Of a stretch of DNA of 43,888 nt, positions 1-9,334 are shown one piece after another. The position numbers and the translations under genes are program-made. Origin of the DNA: a phage; assembly GCA_031856995.1 (NCBI GenBank), contig GCA_031856995.1_4356.1; one strand, written 5' to 3'. The notes beneath the pieces were generated by a model, which was given only the letters and a program-made list of their open reading frames with translations, was not told where the DNA came from and ran no database searches. Within the stretch, counting starts at the first letter, position 1; each line of letters starts with the position of its first letter.

Positions 1-729
1 GACCATATTTGGGCCGCTACCGCACGCGGATACGAATGGGCGCGTATTCAGGAAGCCAAGCGACCACCACGTCCTGGTGAAAAAGATGACCGACCCTCAT
101 ATATCCTTGATAAGAAAGTTTGGCGCACCTGTGACGCTTTAAAGCGCATGTACCGGGAAGCTAATCCTGCAATAGTCCAATTCTGGCGCGATATTGAAGA
201 CGCAGCTATGGCAGCAATCCGTAATCCGGGGAAAGAGTTCACCGCTGGCCCTCGCGGGGTTAAGTTTTCTCGCAACGTAGAAACAGACAACAACGGCAAC
301 AAAGTCGCTGGTTGGTGGTTGCGCATGACGTTGCCGTCAGGTCGCGTTATGTCATACCCGGGCGTCGGGTTGAGCGTGTCAAAAGAGACAGACGAAGACG
401 GAAAAGTTTCTACTAACGTGCGCATCAAGTATCAGGGTGAAAATCAGTTAACCAGGCAGTGGGGCTTCCAGTACACCTACTCCGGTAAACTGGTGGAAAA
501 CTGCACTCAGGCACTGTGCCGTGACTTGCTGGCTAATGCGCTACTTAACGTTGAAGCAAACGGCTACCCGATTGTACTTCACGTACACGATGAGATTATC
601 TGCGAGACACCGGATTCGCCTGAATACAATGTGGCGGAACTCGAACGATTGATGTGTGAATTACCAGACTGGGCTAAGGGGTTCCCTCTTGTAGCAGAAG
701 GTAGCGAAATGTACAGATACGCCAAGTAG
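1..729 (+). CDS. DNA polymerase, family A (PolA), C-terminal part; continuation of the ORF that starts at 42369 and runs off the window end
   Basis: Frame-1 ORF open from base 1 to stop at 727-729; first 26 codons identical to translation of 43812-43888; VLHVHDEIICE motif resembles PolA motif C. Confidence 0.85.
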   Translation, partial: DHIWAATARGYEWARIQEAKRPPRPGEKDDRPSYILDKKVWRTCDALKRMYREANPAIVQFWRDIEDAAMAAIRNPGKEFTAGPRGVKFSRNVETDNNGNKVAGWWLRMTLPSGRVMSYPGVGLSVSKETDEDGKVSTNVRIKYQGENQLTRQWGFQYTYSGKLVENCTQALCRDLLANALLNVEANGYPIVLHVHDEIICETPDSPEYNVAELERLMCELPDWAKGFPLVAEGSEMYRYAK

Positions 730-751
730 TAGATTTAGGAAATACGTTGTA

Positions 752-796
752 GAAAATGTAAATACCGATATAATGGCTATGTCGGTATTTTTTTTT
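752..796 (+). terminator. Rho-independent terminator after polymerase gene
   Basis: Hairpin ATACCGAtataatggctatgTCGGTAT followed by a run of 9 T. Confidence 0.7.
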
Positions 797-806
797 GGAG
801 TTATTA

Positions 807-1502
807 ATGAAAAAGTGTTCAAGATGCGGCGAAGATAAACCGGCGACTACAGAGTATTTTTCAAAGTCAACGCGCCTCGGGCTGCAACGCTGGTGTAAAG
901 AGTGTGTAAATGCTAACAGGAAGGAAAAGTATGACGAAAAACTTAAATTACAAGGTAAATCCAGACGAGAAAGCCCTTGGTATGTTTTCACTGGGAAGCC
1001 TGTTAAATGCAGAAAGTGTGGGGAGGTAAAACCTTTAACAGAGGAAAACTTCAGGAAAGGAAATAAAAGTAATGGCTCTCATATCAGGAAAGATTGCCGG
1101 GAGTGTCTCAACAAGCAACGCAGGGAACTGGTGAATAAGGACCAAAGGACGCGGGCGTACGCGCTTTTGTTAGGATACAAAAGAGCAGATTCAGGAAAAG
1201 GGCTTATCTGCGATTTAACACTGGAAAGCGTTATTAAACTAATATCACAGCCATGCCATTATTGCGGAAGCACTACAAAAGTCGGGGTAGACCGCATAGA
1301 TAATACAAGCGGGCACATAGTATCTAACTGCGTTTCTTGTTGTCAGACATGTAATCTTACCAGAGGACACCGGTTTACATTCATTGAAATGGTTACGGAG
1401 ATAGGTCCCGCCATTAAAAGAATAAAAGCGGCGAGAGAAGTTTCACATATACCGTCTTTTCCTAATAGGTGGCCTGAAGGAGAATGTAGAGATGCCAAGT
1501 AA
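807..1502 (+). CDS. HNH homing endonuclease
   Basis: ORF track 795..1502 (TTG); ATG at 807 follows GGAG; Cys-rich N-terminus with CxxC pairs; C-terminal VDRIDNTSGHIVSNCVSCCQTCN HNH-like motif; AT-rich relative to neighbours. Confidence 0.75.
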   Translation: MKKCSRCGEDKPATTEYFSKSTRLGLQRWCKECVNANRKEKYDEKLKLQGKSRRESPWYVFTGKPVKCRKCGEVKPLTEENFRKGNKSNGSHIRKDCRECLNKQRRELVNKDQRTRAYALLLGYKRADSGKGLICDLTLESVIKLISQPCHYCGSTTKVGVDRIDNTSGHIVSNCVSCCQTCNLTRGHRFTFIEMVTEIGPAIKRIKAAREVSHIPSFPNRWPEGECRDAK

Positions 1503-1623
1503 ACTGATTATCGCGGTACTGGCGGGATTTGCTGCCGGTGTCTACTGTCACGAGGGCCAATACGGCATGATGGTCGCCGTATTAGGTATGTTCATCGCAA
1601 TTTATTTGTGGGTGCTGGAATGA
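1492..1623 (+). CDS. small hydrophobic protein (43 aa, one predicted TM helix)
   Basis: ATG 8 nt after AAGGAGA; translation MPSKLIIAVLAGFAAGVYCH...; stop overlaps next ATG (ATGA). Confidence 0.45.
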   Translation: MPSKLIIAVLAGFAAGVYCHEGQYGMMVAVLGMFIAIYLWVLE

Positions 1624-1709
1624 AAATTTACTGGTTCTATGAAGAAGACTGCCGAATCTGTCCGCGCTGCGGTATTGAGCATACGAAACGTGAGGGGTGC
1701 GTATTATGA
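1620..1709 (+). CDS. mini-protein with CxxCxxC motif (29 aa)
   Basis: MKIYWFYEEDCRICPRCGIEHTKREGCVL; ATGA coupling on both sides. Confidence 0.3.
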   Translation: MKIYWFYEEDCRICPRCGIEHTKREGCVL

Positions 1710-1858
1710 CAATGTTTGTATTTTGGACAATAGTAACCCTGCTCGCGCTGTTACTAGGTGCGGGAATAGCTGCGATGTTCTGTTACGGCCTGTTCTTTAA
1801 GTTTGTTGGCGTTGCCGTTCTCGGAGGAGCGTTTATAACCTGGGTTCTGCGCTCATGA
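1706..1858 (+). CDS. small hydrophobic protein (50 aa, two predicted TM helices)
   Basis: MTMFVFWTIVTLLALLLGAGIAAMF...; stop overlaps ATG at 1855. Confidence 0.4.
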   Translation: MTMFVFWTIVTLLALLLGAGIAAMFCYGLFFKFVGVAVLGGAFITWVLRS

Positions 1859-2139
1859 CCCCGGAAGGCAAGATTCAGAAATACGCAAAAGAGCAATTCG
1901 AGGCCATTGGCGGCCTCGTTCGTAAACTTTCCTACGAGGGGCGTTCCGGCGCTCCCGACCTGCTGGTAATTCTCCCTGGCGGCATCGTCTGGTTCGTCGA
2001 GGTGAAGAAAGACGAAAGCACGAAGCCTGACCCGCACCAGTTACGTGAGCATGAGCGGATGCGTAAACGCGGTGCAAATGTTTTTGTCGTTGGTTCGTTT
2101 AAACAGGTTGACGACCTAATAGCAAACTATTATAGTTAG
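1855..2139 (+). CDS. VRR-NUC domain nuclease (PD-(D/E)xK fold)
   Basis: 94 aa; APDLLVILPGG...VWFVEVKKDES matches the D...E-x-K arrangement of VRR-NUC domains. Confidence 0.7.
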   Translation: MTPEGKIQKYAKEQFEAIGGLVRKLSYEGRSGAPDLLVILPGGIVWFVEVKKDESTKPDPHQLREHERMRKRGANVFVVGSFKQVDDLIANYYS

Positions 2140-2169
2140 CCATACACCAACAATATAAGGAATTGAGAA

Positions 2170-2361
2170 ATGAAACACGAATACGACCGCAAACCAGCAC
2201 GTGACATCGTACCGGGCGACATGATTTTCAACGTTAAGACCCGTCGGCCTGTTGCCGTGGATACGGTGTTCGTCGAGTCGAACGGTAAACTGGTTATCGA
2301 AGACGTAACTGGCAACGTTACCGCGTTCGGGCGTAAAGAGCTTGTTCTGGTGGCAAAATGA
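2170..2361 (+). CDS. hypothetical protein
   Basis: 63 aa ORF with AAGGAA-type RBS; coupled (ATGA) to downstream helicase. Confidence 0.5.
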   Translation: MKHEYDRKPARDIVPGDMIFNVKTRRPVAVDTVFVESNGKLVIEDVTGNVTAFGRKELVLVAK

Positions 2362-3782
2362 GTAAGTTTCAAAGGCGCGAATATCAGAAGCTCATGACTT
2401 CGTTCATGCTGCAACACCCGCGCTGTAATATCTGGTGTGGCATGGGAGGGGGTAAAACCTCCTCTACTATGTGGGTGTTAAACCGCTTGTTCCGCAACGG
2501 GCAGCTTACAGAAGAGGACCGCGTGTTAATCCTCGCCCCGTTGCGTGTTGCGTCGGGTACGTGGCCTGCAGAACAAGAGAAATGGAACTTCCCTTGTCTG
2601 CGTGTCGTCGATGCGACCGGTTCGGAGAAGCGCCGCATCGCGGCGCTGGAGTCAGACGCTAACGTGGTGTGCACTAACTACGAAGTTATCGAGTGGCTAA
2701 TTGACTACTACGGCAAAGACGACTGGCCTTTTACGGTTATCGTTGCCGATGAAAGCACGAAGCTTAAATCGTTCCGCAGCCGTTCGGGTGGTAGCAAGCG
2801 GGCAAAGGCGCTCAGCAAGGTTGCGTTCGGAAAGGTTAAGCGTTTCATCAACCTTACTGGTACACCGTCGCCAAACGGCCTCAAGGACTTGTGGGGCCAG
2901 AACTGGTTTATCGACGCTGGCGAGCGCCTGGGGTCATCGTACACGGCATTCACCGACCGCTGGTTTAACTCGGTACAGAAGGGTAAATCGGCGATGGCAC
3001 GCGAGTACCACGCGCGACCAGGTGCCGATAATGAGATTCATCAGAAGATGAAAGACATCAGCCTTACCATCGACCCCGCAGAGTGGTTTGGATGTGAAGC
3101 GCCGATTATTGTACCGGTTGAAATAGACCTACCGAAGAAGGCGCGTCAGGCGTACATCGATATGGAGGAGAAATTATTCGCAGAACTGGAGAGCGGGGAA
3201 GTTGAAGCGGCTAACGCTGCGGCGAAGACCTCAAAGTGCTTGCAGATTGCATCTGGTGCCGTGTATGTGTCAGGGCCGGATGGCGAAGCGACCAAAGACT
3301 GGGAGAAAGTGCACGACACGAAACTGGATGCGCTCGAGTCGATTGTTGAGGAGTTGCAGGGTGCGCCGTTGCTGGTAGCCTATCAGTTTAAACACGAACT
3401 GGAGCGTATCCTTAAGCGATTCCCACAGGCACAGGCGTTCGCCAAAGGCGCTAGGGGGAACAAGCAGATGGAAGCGTGGAACCGTGGGGAAATCGAGATT
3501 TTATGCGTGCATCCTGCGTCAGCCGGGCATGGTTTGAATTTACAGGACGGGGGTCATCATCTGGCGTTCATCTCGCAAGGCTGGAACCTTGAGCACTATT
3601 TGCAGGTTGTTGAGCGCATAGGCCCAGTCCGCCAGAAACAGGCGGGTCACGAGCGCCCGGTGTTCCTTTATCACATCGTTGCTAAAGACACTCTGGACGG
3701 GGTTGTCGCCGCGCGTACCGACGAGAAGAAATCGGTACAGGAAGAGTTGCTTAATTACATGAAGAGACGAGGTAAGAAATGA
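2358..3782 (+). CDS. SF2 (SNF2/DEAD-like) helicase
   Basis: Walker A GMGGGKTS, DExx box VIVADEST, C-terminal helicase motifs (HPASAGHGLNLQ). Confidence 0.8.
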   Translation: MSKFQRREYQKLMTSFMLQHPRCNIWCGMGGGKTSSTMWVLNRLFRNGQLTEEDRVLILAPLRVASGTWPAEQEKWNFPCLRVVDATGSEKRRIAALESDANVVCTNYEVIEWLIDYYGKDDWPFTVIVADESTKLKSFRSRSGGSKRAKALSKVAFGKVKRFINLTGTPSPNGLKDLWGQNWFIDAGERLGSSYTAFTDRWFNSVQKGKSAMAREYHARPGADNEIHQKMKDISLTIDPAEWFGCEAPIIVPVEIDLPKKARQAYIDMEEKLFAELESGEVEAANAAAKTSKCLQIASGAVYVSGPDGEATKDWEKVHDTKLDALESIVEELQGAPLLVAYQFKHELERILKRFPQAQAFAKGARGNKQMEAWNRGEIEILCVHPASAGHGLNLQDGGHHLAFISQGWNLEHYLQVVERIGPVRQKQAGHERPVFLYHIVAKDTLDGVVAARTDEKKSVQEELLNYMKRRGKK

Positions 3783-4294
3783 TGGATTTCGAAGAGTTTC
3801 TACTTAAAGCTCATCTGCTGGCGCGTGGGTTTGACGCTGACCGTCTCCAGGTAGTCTTAGCCCCTGGAGTAGCTACGTTTTACCTGTGGGGGTTTGACGG
3901 TAGGCTTCGCGGATACCAGCATTACAAACCACATGCCGAAAAGAACTGTAAAAACCCTAAAGACGCGCGGTACTTTACCAGAACAACAAGGCCGTGTTTA
4001 TGGGGGCTTGAGTATTTGCCGGAAAGCGGGGTGGTATTTGTTACCGAAAGCATATTCAAAGCCGTAGCCTTGATGAATTGCGGGTTCAATGCTGTAAGCG
4101 CACTGGGGTCAAATATATCAACAGACCTACGGCAGCAAATGTCACTTTTGCCGTATGACTGGGTGTGCGCTGGCGACAATGATAAAGCTGGATTAAAGTT
4201 CAGCAAAACATTCACCAGAGGATTTGTATCTAACGACCTTGATGAACTTTGTGAAGAAGAAATAACGTATCTTGCGAGGAAATTTACCAGATGA
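3779..4294 (+). CDS. Toprim-domain protein (DnaG-like primase core)
   Basis: VFVTESIFKAVAL...AVSALG...VCAGDNDKAG: conserved E and DxD Toprim signatures. Confidence 0.7.
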   Translation: MMDFEEFLLKAHLLARGFDADRLQVVLAPGVATFYLWGFDGRLRGYQHYKPHAEKNCKNPKDARYFTRTTRPCLWGLEYLPESGVVFVTESIFKAVALMNCGFNAVSALGSNISTDLRQQMSLLPYDWVCAGDNDKAGLKFSKTFTRGFVSNDLDELCEEEITYLARKFTR

Positions 4295-4428
4295 ACATCA
4301 TAGCTCCGATTCCAGCATTGCAAAAACGTATCAAGGAACTTGAAGAAGAGGTTCTACGACTACGGCAACAGAGAGATGCCGCTAATGCGCAACTGGCGTT
4401 TGTACTGGAGAAGTTATCGGAAGAGTAG
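4291..4428 (+). CDS. small coiled-coil protein (45 aa)
   Basis: ATGA overlap with upstream gene; heptad-like KELEEEVLRLRQQRDAANAQLAFVLEKL. Confidence 0.35.
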   Translation: MNIIAPIPALQKRIKELEEEVLRLRQQRDAANAQLAFVLEKLSEE

Positions 4429-4430
4429 AG

Positions 4431-4460
4431 AAAAGGCCCCTTTCGGGGCCTTAGTTTTTA
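4431..4460. terminator. Bidirectional rho-independent terminator between the convergent + and - arms
   Basis: GGCCCCtttcGGGGCC hairpin flanked by A-run and T-run. Confidence 0.75.
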
Positions 4461-6410
4461 GAGTATGCGTATTTCCCCGCCGTGTATGGCGACAGGAGTA
4501 GCCAAATAAGGACTTTTTACCACAACGAAGCCATTTTCGTTGCTCACCACCGGCGGCTTCGATACATCGGATGTAGAAAGCGCCACCGCGGTCCCACCGG
4601 CTACGTGCCCGAGCCAAAACCATGTCCCCAAGTTATGGTCTATTTTAAGGGCGAGGAACAGTAATTGGGTATCTGAGTATTGAATCTGTGTTGTCCATTT
4701 TGCTCGGGTGTCTGAGCCAGAAATCTCTGTAGAGACGCTCGCGCCAACTGTGTACCCTGCGGAGCTACCATTGCTCATCTTCCCGTTAACAAGCTGCGGG
4801 TGGTATTTACTGGTCTGCTTGGCTTTCCCTACAACTGAACTAAGTCCTAAATCCGGGTTGTAGAAGACTATAGTCTGGTCTACTGTGCTGGCCTCTTTAG
4901 CGGATGCAGCGGGTAGTGTTGTACCGCCGGGTTTTATATCTGTTTGCCAGTGAATGTCAGAAAGGTTGTACGGCGACCCTTCGTTAAGGTTCCACCAAAC
5001 GGCCCCTCCCCCAATACGGTTATTAGGAAGAATACGCACGTTAGTATTATCGTCAAATGCGCCAAACATTTTCATACTACTGCCGTAAATCCAACAGTTA
5101 TCCATAGTGATATTATTGGCGCTCGTTGCTATGACGCCATATACACCACTTTCGTCTGACTCTATGTAGCATGAATCAAACTTGATGTTATATGCTCCTG
5201 CAATCCAAACGCCATGGGTACGAAAACTTTCAATGCCGCAGTTGAACAGCGTAAGAGCTTCAACAGCCCCTTCGAACTTAATGCCGACATCACACTGGCC
5301 TGTATGAACTGATACTAATGGCTGAATGTTACATTCATCGGTAAAGTGGTAACGGTGCAAGCCGTTAGTGTATGTACCGTTACACTGTAGGTTCCTGAAC
5401 ATGGAGTAAAAACAGCGCTGAGTGTAAATCAACTGCTGGACGTTTACACCAACAATATCTGTAACTTCGCAGCCAAATACATGGTCCCGCAGACGAAAGC
5501 CTTGATAGAAATTAATCAGTGTAGCATTGCGAATTGTTGTCCCTATAGTTAGATACTCTTCACCAGATTTTCCAAAAACCGAAGAGATAGTGCCAGTAGA
5601 AGTTATATAGCCAGTCTCAATGAACACGTTAGTTGTGTCAGAAGTGTCGTCACGCCCTACGATACGAGCGCCCTGAAAATCGATCACTTGCATCCTACGC
5701 TTAGGGAAATTAGTTGCTTCAATGTCAGATGGAGATTCTGAAGCCAACACATAAACTTTACCGGCGATGTAGTAGCTTTTCCACGGAGTAGCAACAACTT
5801 TAACACCACCCGCGCGCCACGCGGCGACTATAGCCGCCTGAAACGCCGATGTGTCGTCATGGCGACTAGGGTTTGGGCTTCCGTTTACCAGGTAGGCGTC
5901 ACCGTATGCGCCAAAATCATCAACGTTAATCTCCTGTTTGAGTTTATCCATTACGGTGAGTGAAACCGAATCGGAATACCCAGAATTGAATCCCACCAAA
6001 GATGCGCCGGATAGATCTGCTAGCTCATTGCGCAAATCCGGGTCAGTCTGCGGCTTCCAGTTAGCGTTACCAACCGGGTTAAACGATGCGGGGACAACAA
6101 CCGGCAGAGTCCCGGTATACGAGTACCACGTCTTGCTTACAGGGTCATACACCACTTTGTCTCGGTCATTAACTGTTAATGTCCCGCCTGTAGAAAAGTC
6201 CCACGACACGGGAGAAAATCCCGCGCCACGCAACACGGCGGGTAACGTCTTCTGTGTCTGTCCGGTAACCTGATTTGTTGCATAATCAATATCAGCACCA
6301 GTAGCAACACCGCCGGATTTGCCGGTGATAACCTCGGCTTCAAAAATTTGGTGTTTCTTGGCGGTCTGTAAATCCACCAGGCTTAAAACGTCACCGCATC
6401 CGCTTGACAT
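4458..6410 (-). CDS. tailspike / receptor-binding depolymerase (right-handed beta-helix)
   Basis: 650 aa, last gene of tail operon; repetitive G/N/I/V-rich segments typical of pectate-lyase-like beta-helix. Confidence 0.7.
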   Translation of the reverse strand: MSSGCGDVLSLVDLQTAKKHQIFEAEVITGKSGGVATGADIDYATNQVTGQTQKTLPAVLRGAGFSPVSWDFSTGGTLTVNDRDKVVYDPVSKTWYSYTGTLPVVVPASFNPVGNANWKPQTDPDLRNELADLSGASLVGFNSGYSDSVSLTVMDKLKQEINVDDFGAYGDAYLVNGSPNPSRHDDTSAFQAAIVAAWRAGGVKVVATPWKSYYIAGKVYVLASESPSDIEATNFPKRRMQVIDFQGARIVGRDDTSDTTNVFIETGYITSTGTISSVFGKSGEEYLTIGTTIRNATLINFYQGFRLRDHVFGCEVTDIVGVNVQQLIYTQRCFYSMFRNLQCNGTYTNGLHRYHFTDECNIQPLVSVHTGQCDVGIKFEGAVEALTLFNCGIESFRTHGVWIAGAYNIKFDSCYIESDESGVYGVIATSANNITMDNCWIYGSSMKMFGAFDDNTNVRILPNNRIGGGAVWWNLNEGSPYNLSDIHWQTDIKPGGTTLPAASAKEASTVDQTIVFYNPDLGLSSVVGKAKQTSKYHPQLVNGKMSNGSSAGYTVGASVSTEISGSDTRAKWTTQIQYSDTQLLFLALKIDHNLGTWFWLGHVAGGTAVALSTSDVSKPPVVSNENGFVVVKSPYLATPVAIHGGEIRIL

Positions 6411-6422
6411 ATAGAGTCCTCT

Positions 6423-8978
6423 TTAATTAAAACCATTGCTGAATCCGTCGGAGAAACCGCTGCCGTATGGCGCGACGCCGTCGTATTTATAGAATCCGTC
6501 GTCATAGTTGTAGCCTGTAATCTTGACCGTGCGGTCGTCGCCGGGGTCGATTGAAGAAACAACTATCTTCTGAGCATTATGCCTTGCTTCGTTGCCGAAT
6601 GAAAACTCAGTTTTTAGTGCGCTATTCCCCGTGTAGATTGCTTCTTCCGGCGCGGAGAGCATAATCACTTCGCGGTCGTGGCTTCCTTTGATAACGGAGA
6701 TACTCTGTACAGAGCCATCGCGCTTCTTGAGGATGATGGAGTGGTCATCACCCGGAGTAAACGCAACCGGCTGTGACAGTGTCAGCGTAAGCCCATTAAC
6801 GGCAGCAACATAGCCGTCCTGTGGCGCAATACGCGAGCCTTTAACTACGCTGATTACACCGCCTGGGGTAGCGAGCGCACCTTCTTCGGTAGCTTCAAAC
6901 TCTACGACAACTTTACTTAACGCATTGCGCTGGTAGCGACGCCACGCCAGCCAGTACGCTTGCTGATAGTTGCGCACGCCCTTCGATTCGTATTCCTCGG
7001 TGTTTGCCCCTAGTTCTTCCGGGATATAAATAGTTTCCTGTACGTTCGTATCCGGGTCGATGTATGAGAACGACAGGCTATCGTAGGTTGTCGAATCGTT
7101 GAACGTGCGGGTCCATTTCTCAGTACCGGTAGTTTTGCTGCGGTGGGTGAACACCATTTCAGGCCCCGCGACAGGACGGTCGAATCGCAGCATAATATCC
7201 GCACCTTTACGGTACGCAGTACAGAAAACGGCTTCCGCTATGGTCTGGACGATGTCCTGCATGGTTGTGTCATAGTCGTCGAACGTGTAGCAGAATTGCC
7301 CTGCTAATTCACTTCCGAAATAGGACTCAATTTCTTCCTGCACAGCAAGTAACTTGTCCATGTTTGCCGTTGTCAGTTCCAGATTGCCTACTGCGGGGTC
7401 GCGCGCCAGTCGAATTAGAGATTGTACGGCTTGCGTGTTCGGTGTCATTACTGTATCGAATACCCCATTGCCGAGGTATTTGTAGCACATCTCGGTCGCA
7501 ATCATGCGCAGTTCAGGGTTATCGATACTGGCGGCCCGCGGCGTCTGTTTACGGGCGCAATGTACGGTAGTTCGGTTGCCGTAGTGTGGGGTGGTGTCCA
7601 GAGACTGCCCATACAGGTTAATGAATGTTATCTCGTCGCTTACCGTTCCGTCATAGTCCTTATCAAAATTCGTTATACGGCGCATACGGGCGCGGAAACG
7701 AGACGCGGTCGGCAACTGCCCGTAGATAGACGTACCAACGTAATCCGTGCTATTACCAGTAATCGTAGCCTGTACCGTGTAAATATCGCTCAACGGGTTA
7801 CGCTGAGAGTCAATCATCTGGTACTGGAGCTCCACCGTTACGCTGGTGCGGTTATAGCCGCCGTCGTATTTGTAGATGCCGTTCTGCCCGGCAACGTTCG
7901 CAAGCACCCGGTCAACTTCTCCGCGCACCATGTAATACCAGTCTGTCAGGGATACGTCATAGGTGTCGCTCGGGCCGATAAACGTATCTGAACGCTCTGT
8001 TAGGGCGTACGTCTGCCCGCTGGTCAACGCCGCCCAGTTAGACGCACCGTTTACCGCTAATCTTACTTCGAAGTCATCAACGTATAAAACCTCAAACGAG
8101 CCGTTCAGGTTAGTGACATCAGCAACGTCAAAGTTGCTCAGCACCGCGACATCACCGACGCTAAGAAACTCAGAAAAAGCAGAGTCGCCCGACGGGTCAT
8201 AGATGTAGCCGGTGGTCGAAGTACGTTTGGCGGTTCCACCGGAGCTTGGGTTAGCCCCAATGTCGTTTGGCGCTTTGAGCACAATACCGTCAACGTCGTC
8301 ATTGGAGTACGTCACATAGAGCTTCTGATCAATGACGTCGCCGATTTGTACCTGCGGCGATGTGGTGTTGTTCGGTGACGTATACGGCGCGTACACGGCA
8401 ACAGAGGAACCTGTGATGTCGCTTATCGGGGTGTCGCCTTCCGTGACGCCATCGGCCTCAATATACAGATGTCCGCGCCCGGCGTCGTAGTACGAATACT
8501 CCAGCAAAGCACCAGTGGAGTTGAACGCTTTATACGTCTGCATAAGGTCGTTAGGGATTGTCTGCACAGTCCCGCAGATGTCATAAGAGCGCTCGTAAGG
8601 GCGTGGTTTGTTTGAGCGGTCCGTGAGGCTGTTATTTGGCGATGTTGTCTGGTTGTTAGTCGCCGTATAGTTGGCGTTTGCGGACATGTTCAGGCCAAAC
8701 AACTTAGCGATTGGCTTAAGGATAAAACCAAATACCTTACTAACTGCACCAAGCGCCCCGCTACCCGCACCCTCAATAATATGGTACACGGCGTCTTCGT
8801 CTTTAAGCGCTTCGAAGTCGTCTGTAACATCAGTATCATCGCCAATCTCGCCGAGGTAGACGCGCACAGGCACACCGTCCGGAATACGGCTAACAACAAA
8901 CTCCATCGGCATCCCGACGTGTTTTGTACGGTCGAAAGCGCCATCAGCGTTTCGCGAGTAGTGCAGGATTATCGCCAA
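6423..8978 (-). CDS. large tail tip/central fibre protein (lambda J-like by position)
   Basis: 851 aa ORF downstream of small tail-tip genes; position and size only. Confidence 0.55.
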   Translation of the reverse strand: MAIILHYSRNADGAFDRTKHVGMPMEFVVSRIPDGVPVRVYLGEIGDDTDVTDDFEALKDEDAVYHIIEGAGSGALGAVSKVFGFILKPIAKLFGLNMSANANYTATNNQTTSPNNSLTDRSNKPRPYERSYDICGTVQTIPNDLMQTYKAFNSTGALLEYSYYDAGRGHLYIEADGVTEGDTPISDITGSSVAVYAPYTSPNNTTSPQVQIGDVIDQKLYVTYSNDDVDGIVLKAPNDIGANPSSGGTAKRTSTTGYIYDPSGDSAFSEFLSVGDVAVLSNFDVADVTNLNGSFEVLYVDDFEVRLAVNGASNWAALTSGQTYALTERSDTFIGPSDTYDVSLTDWYYMVRGEVDRVLANVAGQNGIYKYDGGYNRTSVTVELQYQMIDSQRNPLSDIYTVQATITGNSTDYVGTSIYGQLPTASRFRARMRRITNFDKDYDGTVSDEITFINLYGQSLDTTPHYGNRTTVHCARKQTPRAASIDNPELRMIATEMCYKYLGNGVFDTVMTPNTQAVQSLIRLARDPAVGNLELTTANMDKLLAVQEEIESYFGSELAGQFCYTFDDYDTTMQDIVQTIAEAVFCTAYRKGADIMLRFDRPVAGPEMVFTHRSKTTGTEKWTRTFNDSTTYDSLSFSYIDPDTNVQETIYIPEELGANTEEYESKGVRNYQQAYWLAWRRYQRNALSKVVVEFEATEEGALATPGGVISVVKGSRIAPQDGYVAAVNGLTLTLSQPVAFTPGDDHSIILKKRDGSVQSISVIKGSHDREVIMLSAPEEAIYTGNSALKTEFSFGNEARHNAQKIVVSSIDPGDDRTVKITGYNYDDGFYKYDGVAPYGSGFSDGFSNGFN

Positions 8979-9334
8979 AATTCAATCTCCGTGTACGTGT
9001 CTCTGAGGTCCGCCAGCCTGTCAAGCCGTACCTGGCGGGATGCAAGCTCGCAATGACTCACCATCCCGTCGAAGTAAACTCCCGCATGCCACACGATACG
9101 ACCCCCGCAGCGATAACCCATAAGCACCGCGCAGAAGTTTTCAGGCTTATCAATTTTTGTAAGCCCCTTCGTGTCACGGCGGCCTTCGTCAAACGCTTCG
9201 TTAATTGCCGTTGGGCTTGTAACGTCGAACGCAGGGGTTTCTAACCCGGCATCCGCGCGGACAATGCGCACGTGATGCCAGCAATTGCGTTTGCGAAAGT
9301 CGTAAGGTATGCCCGTGTAGTCGTTAATATTCAT
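8969..9334 (-). CDS. tail assembly protein with NlpC/P60-like Cys-His signature (K-like)
   Basis: 121 aa; RKRNCWHHVRIV...GGRIVWHAGVY; position in tail-tip cluster. Confidence 0.5.
   Translation of the reverse strand: MNINDYTGIPYDFRKRNCWHHVRIVRADAGLETPAFDVTSPTAINEAFDEGRRDTKGLTKIDKPENFCAVLMGYRCGGRIVWHAGVYFDGMVSHCELASRQVRLDRLADLRDTYTEIEFWR

Noticed and set aside
7422-7991. 189-aa + strand ORF inside the tail-tip protein gene (also 7265..7570, 7963..8202)
   Set aside because: Antisense to an 851-aa coding gene in a uniformly - strand operon; no start context.
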